From Eledone cirrhosa (taxonomy: Eukaryota), in assembly GCA_964016885.1 (NCBI GenBank), contig OZ024742.1, positions 341,124,001 to 341,188,000 on the forward strand: a stretch of 64,000 bases of DNA, in the 5' to 3' direction. The notes below the pieces were generated by a model that worked only from the letters and a program-made list of their open reading frames with translations, had not been told where the DNA came from and ran no database searches. Both the position numbers and the translations under genes were made by a program. Shown here in pieces: positions 54,821 to 64,000 of the stretch (its first letter is position 1; every line of letters begins with the position of its first letter).

Positions 54821-55030
54821 AACGGCGATGAATTAGTTTTGCGAGGTTTTTTATATGAAATAGTGTGTCGAAACAAATTGGTCAGTCAATGGTAACATTG
54901 AGAACCGAATAAATTAAATTAACCGATATAAAAGACACAGAAGCGAAAACCAACCAAACAGTGAGTGTGTTCTGTTATTAATTCTGGCAATATTATTACA
55001 CAAATATGACCCTCCCCAAGTATAACAATA
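54821..55030. mobile_element. short rearranged 3' fragment of the Penelope family at 61021-64000
   Basis: 54821-54875 matches 61021-61075, and 54878-55030 matches 61350-61506. Confidence 0.85.
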
Positions 55031-55042
55031 TATATATATATA

Positions 55043-55503
55043 TAATCTGAGTTTTTCGAATATTACTGATAATATTTGATTCGTTTGCAATTATGCAAAC
55101 AGCCACATTTTTAAAGTCATATCAGTAGAATGAGACCCTCATTCTTGCTCTTGTGTTGGCATGTAAACAGAACAGCAGACACTAATGTTTCAGGGTATTA
55201 CCCTTCATCAGTACAGTTCACTGTTCACCTGCCAACTGTCAGAGCTACTGAAAATATAGGATATTTTCTAAAATATACAGTGACTAATCGGCCGGATTTG
55301 CATATTAGCAGATTGGCTGATCAGTCAGATCTACATATTAGCTGATCTTCTGATCAGCGAGATTTGCATATCAGCAGACTAGCCAGTCAGTTTCCTGTAT
55401 ATGAACGATTAATGGCTGGCTTTACCATATTCAAATTAAAAAGAAAAAGTTTTCGCTCTACATGGCTGAATACAATAAATGTAATCTGAGTTTTTCGAAT
55501 ATT
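55043..55503 (-). mobile_element. hammerhead-containing 439-bp monomer with 22-bp terminal direct repeat (retrozyme-like family C)
   Basis: TAATCTGAGTTTTTCGAATATT occurs at 55043 and 55482. The unit contains a hammerhead and three 33-bp sub-repeats with octamers at 55296, 55329 (degenerate) and 55362. Confidence 0.75.
55170..55219 (-). ncRNA. type I hammerhead ribozyme, family C
   Basis: Minus strand reads GAACTGTA-CTGATGA-AGGG-TAATA-CCCT-GAAA-CATTAGTG-TC^TGCTGTTC. The partial copy at about 56048-56079 has TGCAGTTC, restoring full stem I pairing. Confidence 0.85.
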
Positions 55504-55511
55504 TATAATAA

Positions 55512-56007
55512 CTAGCTGGACCCGTGAAAAAATTCACGGATAATCCCTTCTCTCTATATATTATAACCTCTTCTCTCTAAATATATTAATAAAACCCTCC
55601 CTCTATATATAAACCCATCCATTTCTCTATTAAAACCACCCTCTCTATATATTATAACACCCCACTTTCTATATATATATTTATCCCACTCTCTCTATAT
55701 ATATTTTAACCCTCCTTTCTCTATATTATAACCCCCTCTCTCTATATTATAACCCTCTTCTCTCTATGTATTATAACCCATCCCTTTCTATATTATAAAC
55801 CCCTCTCTTTAAATATAGTATAACCCCCTCTCTCTAAATATATTATAACCCCCTCTCTCTCTCTCTCCTTTCTAAACGTTGCAACGCTCTTTGGTTTTCT
55901 TTGGCCGTAGATTGTTTACCACCTCACTTCCATTGTTTTACTGAAAGCGTGACACATACGCTCGGACGTACGTACGGTACGTAGGTATAAGCGTATTAAT
56001 ATATAGA
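55512..56007 (-). mobile_element. non-autonomous Helitron with internal ~23-bp minisatellite (55545-55865)
   Basis: Minus strand reads A|TCTATATATT...CCGTGAA-TT-TTTTCACGG hairpin-GTCCAG-CTAG|T. Confidence 0.7.
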
Positions 56008-56009
56008 TA

Positions 56010-56148
56010 TTCGATTCGTTTGCAATCATGCAAACAGTCTCTTTTGGATAATACCCAGAAACATTAGTGTCTGCAGTTCTGTTTACATGCCAACACCAGA
56101 GCAAGAATGGGGGCTCATTTTATTGACATGGCTTTAAAATTGAGGCTG
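56010..56148 (+). mobile_element. truncated, internally inverted fragment of family C
   Basis: 56010-56039 matches 55077-55104 directly. 56048-56148 is the reverse complement of about 55100-55202. Confidence 0.75.
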
Positions 56149-56374
56149 CAAGCATTCAGGTCAAATGTCCTGTTAGGAAATAACTATATTATCTCTCTTC
56201 TACTATTTAGGCGGGTCAGCAAAAGTGTCAATGTGTACTCACCTCCTCTTCACTCTAAAGAAATAGTATTTAAAAAACGGAATCTCATCATTGCGAAGCA
56301 AATTTCTTAATTGCTCTGAACAATGTTACCTGCAATATAAAGGCACTAATTCTAAGGGCTCTTTTTTTCGATCT

Positions 56375-56790
56375 GTTATCGGCAGAATCATTAAAGTGCT
56401 GGGACGAAATGATTTGCAGTATTTGTTCCGTCTCTTTTAAACCTGACAATATCAATGTCAATCTTACCTTTCATGGTTTCCATAATAGAAATATAGTGCA
56501 AGGTAAGTCCTAGGGTCGATATTATTTACTTTTCCCACCCCTCAAAATTCCTGGGCTTGTACCTAAATTAGAAACTATCATTATACTTGTTGGTGGTGGA
56601 TTGACAGAATTGGTACAGTGTCAGATATAATGCTTTTGCAGTATTTGTTTCGGCTCTTTACATACTGAGTTCATATCCAGACAAGTTAAACTTTACATAT
56701 TTTTCCTTCTGAGTCCATATCCAACTAAGTTAAACCTTAGATATATATTCTGAGTTCATAACCAGCCAATATAAACCTTACATATATATT
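56375..56790 (+). mobile_element. degenerate SINE copies and a SINE-derived ~41-bp local tandem repeat
   Basis: GGTGGTGGATTGACAGAATTGG head and repeated CTGAGTTCATATCCAG..AAGTTAAAC units. The pattern resumes at 57155-57290. Confidence 0.55.
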
Positions 56791-56792
56791 CT

Positions 56793-57153
56793 CCTCTGTG
56801 CCACTCTCGAGCTGACTTTTGGGAGGCTCCCGTACAGCTCTGAGTTCTTCATCCTCAGTGTTTACTGATTAATATTCAGAGCCATCCTCAGCATTCTCGT
56901 GGAGCACCCATCCACGATCTGAGTGAGTTTCTTGGTCAGTGTCCAAGTCTCAGACCTGTACAGCAGCACGACTCCACTACATCAACGAAGAGACGGACAC
57001 ACTGGAAAAGGAAAACCGAGGTTAACATATGTTGATGTCCTAAGGACAGACACTGGTCTCTTGGAGACGCAGGACATGGCAGCGATAATAAGGGACAGAG
57101 ACCGCTGGAGAGAACTTGTCCATGGATCTCGGGAATATTACCCGCCCAGATAG
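56793..57153 (+). mobile_element. 5'-inverted RTE-like LINE fragment
   Basis: Minus 56978-56793 reads VLLYRSETWTLTKKLTQIVDGCSTRMLRMALNI..ELYGSLPKVS. Plus strand then reads GKGKPRLTYVDVLRTDTGL...RDRDRWRELV*. Candidate TSD is ATATTCT. Confidence 0.75.
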
Positions 57154-57345
57154 ATATTCTGAGTTCCTAACCAACCAATTTAAACTTTACATATTTTTCA
57201 CTCTAATGTCGATAAAATAAGATAACCAGTTAAGAGCTGGGGTAGATACAATCCAATTACTGTTCTCTCCAAATTGCAAGCCTTGTATTTTGTTAATGTT
57301 ATTGTTACACGGTATTATTTTATGTTCAGTATATGTACACCTATA

Positions 57346-57497
57346 GGCGGCGAATTGGCAGAGTCGTTAGAATGTCGGAGACAATGCTTTATTGTATTCG
57401 TTCCGACCTCTGCTGTCTGAGCTCAAATCCCGCCGAGGTCAACTTTGCCTTTCATCCTTTGAAAGTCGACAAAAAAGTACCAGTCTAGTACTGGGGT
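57346..57497 (+). mobile_element. tRNA-derived SINE (related subfamily)
   Basis: GGCGGCGAATTGGCAGAGTCGTTAG...CAAATCCCGCCGAGGTCAACTTTGCCTTTCATCCTTT..GTCGAC. Confidence 0.8.
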
Positions 57498-58019
57498 GTA
57501 TTCTTCATCTCTATCTCTTTCTCATTTCCTCTTTCTCACTTTCTATCTTTGTTTAGAAGAAATCTGCTGTACTCAGGCTTGGAGAAGAGTGGGCTCCGCC
57601 AGGCTTAAAATGCCCAAGAAACGCCGTATGTCAATACGGCGCCCCTACGACTCTATCAGGAGTTACAGGAACATATGTACACTTGGTATTGGCCAACATC
57701 TCATGTTCTGGGATGAGAAGAAATCTCCTCTTAAGGCTCTTCCAAACTATTCATACGTTTCCCCATTTCGTGTCTAGATTTATTAGGATAATTCTTGCTG
57801 ATCCAATTACAAAAGTGTTTTACTTCTGCATCCACTCCTAGATCAAGGTCTAGCTTTCCAACATTTACTTTCAAATTCATTGTCACAGATTCCACTGAAT
57901 AAAGATCATGACAAGTCGACTTCTTTTTTTCAGCACTTAAAGATTTCATATTTCGTCACTAGTATAATTTTCTACTTATTCGTTCTCTTTCTCATCATCA
58001 TCATCATCCTCAACATTAT

Positions 58020-58226
58020 AGGTGGAAGGGTAGTATCGGTAGAGCGTCGGGTAACATGCTTCGTAGCATAGAGCTACAGTCCTTCACGTTCTGAGTTCAA
58101 ATCCCGCCGAGGTTAGCCTTGCCTTTCTTCCTTACGGGGTCGATATATTAAAGCACCAGTAATATACTGAGGTAAATTTAATCGATTTTCCCGTTCTCTA
58201 CTGGCCTTGTGCCTAAAGTAGAAACA

Positions 58227-58259
<33 letters not shown>

Positions 58260-58450
58260 CAAGGGCGGTGGATTGGCAGTATCGGTAGAGGGTTGGACGC
58301 CATGCTTTCTAGCATAGTTACGTCCCTTTACGGTCTGAGTTCAAATCCCGTCGAGGTTAACTTTGCCTTTCATCCTTACGGGGTCGATAAAATAAAACAC
58401 TTACGGGGTCGATAAAATAAAGTAATACACTGAGTAATTGCTGGCCTTAT
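58020..58450 (+). mobile_element. two tandem SINE copies separated by (ATT)n
   Basis: Copies at 58020-58230 and 58263-58450, with GAGTTCAAATCC box B and the family core. Confidence 0.85.
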
Positions 58451-59474
58451 TACTATTATTATCATTATTATTATGTCCTTTTATCCCATCTAAACTTATC
58501 TCGTTCCAATAATCCTCCACAGAATAGAACCTGTTATTTGTGTGTTTTGAGTAGCTCTAAGAGATTGTCTCGTTAGCTTCATAGTTTAATGAGGTGTTAA
58601 AAATCAAAATGAAGCTCTATGTTTCAGATAAATCTAAATTTACCTTTACCAATTTATTCTTAAAGTTCATTAGTGAAGATTTAGTGTAAGAAGCCTTTAA
58701 AGCATATATCCGACATCATGTGTAATTATACGTTGACGTTAAAACCTGCCCGAAGATTTCTCCATTGAATCGTTAAACACCTGCCCTTGGGTGTGTTTGT
58801 GTGTGTGTATGTATTTATGTAAGCGTATATAGAATATCCGATTTGATGTGTAGATAATGTAATATTTAATTTCTTAAGAGACAAAGCATTATATTTAGAG
58901 GGAGTTAGTAATTAGGTAAATTGCATGATGACTTACAAAAGACAACCTCCTGGGCTTAAATGTGATATACGAAAGACAAAAAACGAAATATTGAAGATCG
59001 AAACCGGCTCTGGTAGTTACCTTGCTCAGAGCATTATTTCACCTCGCACTCAACTGAACTTGTAGTTCTATAAACAGATGGGTTAGAATTGCAAATCCCG
59101 CAAAAGTCGATTTAGCCATTAAAAAAATGATATATTTAATTTACTTTTATGTTGTTGTGTCAGTTCTTTGTCGCACCATCCTCGATCAACTCATTGATAC
59201 TATTGTGCAACAATAACATATTATTAGAGCATAATCCGTTGTTTTACGGACGGAACGAAAAATATTTGATTTATTCACTAAACTTTAATAAAGCTGTTAT
59301 CACTATGTAGGAGTTTTAACGACAATTTAACCTAATATTCAAATGTTTTGATAATCCAAAATGGAGAAAGCAGGCTTTGCTAACATCAAATTTGAACATC
59401 ACTTTTTGTACATATTATAAAGACCTTTTATATATACACCACGTGCACTTTTCAAACCCTTTTTTTATCATTTT

Positions 59475-59546
<72 letters not shown>

Positions 59547-59560
59547 GCAAGGAAGTACAT

Positions 59561-59602
59561 GGTTCTGATGAACGCCAACCAGTGTGAAACAGACTGTCAG
59601 CT
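59561..59602 (+). ncRNA. minimal type I hammerhead ribozyme in a ~195-bp insert between TA runs
   Basis: GGTT-CTGATGA-ACGC-CAACCA-GTGT-GAAA-CAGACTG-TC^AGCT. Confidence 0.75.
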
Positions 59603-59730
59603 TCTCTCCCTTCTTTCGCCGAAAAGAAGTGACATAGTCACTACTTTAAAACTATAAAACTGATAGTGTATGGTCTTCTAAATGTTTTTAATCAAACATA
59701 CGGTATATTGCCAAATATACTATACACACA

Positions 59731-59866
<136 letters not shown>

Positions 59867-60327
59867 AGTTGCCCAAATGTGATTTGTCCGAAGCTATCTT
59901 TAACACTTAATATCTGCTCCTCTGTTAGACGTTATTTTGACACCACGTGGAGTTATTCATATGAGCAGTTAAGTAGTAAGTCTGCAGAGAGACAGATATA
60001 TAGAGAAGACCAAACATTTACTGAAGATCAAAATTCCAAGCTACTTATTACCAAATCGACAACTGGTGGTTGATACCGATCATTAAAATCGATTATAGGC
60101 ATCATCTTCTGTTATACAAGAAACGACCGTATAAGTGAGCTTTAGGCAATTTTGGCTTGATTCTATCATCATGTGAGTAATTTTATTGTTTGTTTCTATA
60201 TATATGAACATAATACTAGTTTTTTCTCAACTTGATATATATGAAAGATTAGTTTATATGTCGTTTAAATTTGTATGATTGATGCTCTGAGCATCTAATG
60301 TTCAACGAGCTTTCTTTGTTGAGTAAC

Positions 60328-60388
<61 letters not shown>

Positions 60389-60394
<6 letters not shown>

Positions 60395-60543
60395 GTGATA
60401 TTTTTTTTACAAATTGAAAAATAACCGAGGTGTCCTACACGATTGAAAGTATAAAGAAAATGAGATGAAATCGAAAATGCAACTGGAGTCTTATTTTTTT
60501 TTTAAATAAGACTCCAGTTACATTTTCGATTTCATCTCTTTTT

Positions 60544-60550
<7 letters not shown>
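60389..60550 (-). mobile_element. short foldback in (TA)n (arms 60450-60496 / 60504-60550; 61-nt tail)
   Basis: TATAAAGAAAATGAGATGAAATCGAAAATGCAACTGGAGTCTTATTT is mirrored across a short T spacer. Confidence 0.75.
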
Positions 60551-61020
<470 letters not shown>

Positions 61021-61506
61021 AGCGGCGATGAATTAGTTTAGCGAGGTTTTTTATATGAAATCGTGTGTCGAAACAGATATTGTTATACTTAGGGAGGGTC
61101 ATATACACTATACACACACGCAAACGTATGCGCAAAGAAGACAAAATAAAATAAACAAACAAGCAAATAAATAAATAAATATATAAACAGACTGAATAAA
61201 AAAATGGCGTAGACATACAACACAACAGGAGGAAAAAAATATAACACCACTGACGATGTTGCAGATGTGCAATGAAAGATTTATGTAAATTATGTAAACT
61301 AGATATATGTGTTTGTGTCTATATTGTATATGTATTATTTTTGACCGTCGGTCAGTCAATGGCAACATTGAGGACCGAGTAAGTTAGATCGCAGATATAT
61401 ATATATAAAAGACAGCGAGAAGCGAAAACCAACCAAACAGTGAGTGTGTTCTGTTATTAATTCTGGCAATATTACGCAAATATGACCCTCCCCAAGTATA
61501 ACAATA
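61021..61506 (-). mobile_element. truncated/inverted 3'-UTR copy of the adjacent Penelope element
   Basis: 61101-61506 is the reverse complement of about 61617-62030. 61077-61102 mirrors 61480-61506. Tail is 61021-61075. Confidence 0.85.
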
Positions 61507-61531
61507 TATATATATATAAATATATATAAAT

Positions 61532-61621
<90 letters not shown>

Positions 61622-61825
61622 ATATTTGGGGAGGGTCATATTTGCGTAATATTGCCAGAATTAATAACAGAACACACCCACTGTTTGGTTGGTTTTCGCT
61701 TCTCGCTGTCTTTTATATATATATATCTGCGATCTAACTTACTCGGTCCTCAATGTTGCCATTGACTGACCGGCGGTCAAAAATAATACAGATACAATAT
61801 AGACACAAACACATATATATAGTTT

Positions 61826-61875
61826 ACATAATTTACATAAATCTTTCGTTGCACATCTGCAACATCGTCAGTGGT
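61826..61875 (-). ncRNA. possible hammerhead variant in the Penelope 3' UTR (second copy 61246-61296, +)
   Basis: CA-CTGACGA-T-GTTGCA-GATG-TGCAAC-GAAA-GATTTATGTAAATTA-TG. The core and stem II are good; stem I is weak. Confidence 0.45.
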
Positions 61876-62142
61876 GTTATATTCATTGTTCCTCCTGTTG
61901 TGTTGTATGTCTACGCCATTTTTTTTTTTGTTCAGTCTGTCTATATATTTATTTATTTATTTGCTTGTTTGTTTATCTTATTTTATTTTGTCTTCTTTGC
62001 GCATGCGTTTGCGTGTGTGTATAGTGTTGTGTGTGATGTGTGACTAGTGTGTATAGTGTTGTGTCTGCTGGGTGACTAGTGTGTGTTTATGTGTTTGTGT
62101 ATGTATTTATTTATCTTATTTTATTTTATTTTATTTACTTAT

Positions 62143-63941
62143 TTATACTTCTCTTAGGTCAGTGTTGTTTGTTTGGGTGTTGTTGTTGTTCCACTCATTC
62201 TTTCTGTTTAGCTTTGGTCTTCTAATTTCTATTTCACTGGCCTCTCTGATTTGCCTATCTGCTGGGTCATTCTTATGTTTAGATATTATTCTAATTTCTA
62301 TGTTGTCTATGTTACCGTCATGTTGTTGTCTAGCATGTTCGTATAGTACTGACCCGTTTTTTCGTCCTTTTAGTTCCCCCCAGTGTTGGTCTATCCTTTC
62401 ACCTATGCTACGAGCTGTCTCACCTATGTATGTTGTTGTCATGTTTCTGCAAGTACCCTCTGTACATCTTATGCTATAGACTACGTTTCTAGTTTTACAG
62501 TTTATCCGGGGGTTCACCTTACATATGATACATTTCCTATTAGTACAGTGGGTTTTCTTAAAAGGGTAGGTTTTGCTGATCAGGGATTTTATGGTGGTTC
62601 CTGGCTTTTCTACCACCTTTATTTTTAAGTGGGTCTTTCTCAGGGCCTTTCTACACTGGTTAGCTAATTTCCCTCCAGGGGTGGCGTCCACAAACATGAC
62701 ACTCTGATATCTCTGGTTGTCGTACCATGATGTGGCCTTCCCTATCTTATGTCTAGCCCTATCTAAGCTATTCCATGATTTGCTCCTGTATAGTGGGCAA
62801 ATTCCTTTCATGTCCAGTTCTATGAGGGTCTTATACTTTTCCATGGCTCCTTCGTATACTCTGACTCTGTCTCTTTGGTTGTAGCCAGAGAACTGCATGC
62901 GGTTGATGAAGTGTTGGATGTGTCCTTCCATTTCTGTTGGGTCGCACATGCTGGACACATTCTTCATCACTCGTACCAAATCTGCGATCAGAATATTAAA
63001 CTTAGCACTACTGGACATTGCTGAGTTTTTGAGTATCAGGTATTTGGAGGCCATGGGTTTAGCATAGTGTGAGTGGAGAATTTGGGCTCTCTCGTCTATA
63101 GTGTTAATCCAGAGTTCTGTGTCTAATACAGGTAGTCTATTGTTAGGGTGTTTGGAAGGGAAGTCTATAGTTACAGTTATACTCTGGTGTATGGAATTAG
63201 CTATCTGCTGGATGCTTTCCATCGTGCTACGTTCTAAATCAAACTTGTTAGTGCTCTCTAGTGGGGGTGTTCTTATAACTATATTGATATCGTCTACATA
63301 ACGAGAGTACATGATGAGGTCTAAGGAGCTTTTATTAAGGAGATCTTTAAGTCTCCTTTCCCACCATACCATGAAAAGGTTGGCAACATCACCAGCTATG
63401 CTGACGCCGATGGCTGCTCCCTCATTTTGGGTGTAGATTTTCTCATTGAACTTAAATATGTGGCCCTTTAGGGTAGTTTTGATACTAGCCCCTATTGCAT
63501 GTGCGACCATTTTTCTTACCTGATCAGTGTGTTGGGGGGTCCGTATAGCTTTGGTCCACCCAATCCACCTTCCTATGGGAGTCTTTTTAGCCATTGAGGT
63601 TATGGTGGGGGGTCTACCTCTTATAGGTCTACTAGGGCAGAAACATCTAAGGTCATGGCTGTCTAGGTAGTCAGTGTCGTAGGTAAGTCTAAGTAGGAGG
63701 CCCAGTTCGTCTGTGTCGACGTCGCAGAACTCCACCTCACTCTTAATGATCATCTCCACACATCTTTTCACAGCAAAATCAATGTTAATGGATGGGTACA
63801 GTGACACCACATCCATGCTGCCTATTATGCAGTTGGATAGGCTCCTGTTTTTGTTGCACTCACTGATTCTGCTGAGGAGGTCCTCTGTACTTTCACATAC
63901 ATCTGGGGACATCTTGATTATGGGGCGTATAACCATTGAAC
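62143..63941 (-). CDS. Penelope-like reverse transcriptase + GIY-YIG endonuclease (uninterrupted, 5'-truncated, about 600 aa)
   Basis: GSMDVVSLYPSI, QNEGAAIGVSIAGDVANLFM, YSRYVDD, LPVLD, HYAKP, a Cys-rich linker, then NVVYSIRC...YIGETARSIGERIDQH and REASEI..RPKLN. Confidence 0.95.
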
Positions 63942-64000
63942 CTGTGAAAAGATGTGTGGAGATGATCATTGAGAGTGAGGTGGAGTTCTGCGACGTCGAC

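Larger units (their letters stand above)
61617..64000. mobile_element. Penelope-like retroelement with inversion junction at about 63941 (continues beyond the window)
   Basis: RT+GIY-YIG ORF and 3' UTR lie on the minus strand. 63942-64000 is the reverse complement of 63715-63773. Confidence 0.93.

Noticed and set aside
57560-58780. Possible host exons on the minus strand (57731-57949 ORF; 58490-58780)
   Set aside because: No recognisable domain, in-frame stops, and no supported splice structure.
63942-63969. N-terminal MIISTHLFT start of the 608-aa ORF
   Set aside because: It comes from the inverted segment beyond the junction and is not the element's real start.

Overview
Eukaryotic, repeat-dominated DNA with no recognisable host gene. 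The SINE and microsatellite content suggests an invertebrate, possibly an octopod cephalopod (inference). Bases 1-37698 are one homogeneous 43-bp satellite array with higher-order structure. Bases 37.7-64 kb are a mosaic of (TA)n microsatellites filled with mobile elements: two Penelope-like retroelements (a long RT + GIY-YIG ORF, and a GIY-YIG-only fragment between inverted pLTRs), tRNA-derived SINEs, two non-autonomous Helitrons, and Tx1/L1 and RTE LINE fragments. The most notable signals are three. (1) Non-coding 440-467-bp units (two homologous tandem arrays and one unrelated monomer) each carry a minimal type I hammerhead ribozyme 81-93 nt downstream of an ATGCAAAT octamer, resembling retrozymes or newt satellite-2. 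(2) At least 9 insertions share one architecture: inverted arm + direct arm + an unpaired 55-92-nt tail, sitting in (TA)n. (3) Further hammerheads lie in the Penelope terminal repeats. All folds and alignments were read by eye; no computation or database search was run.
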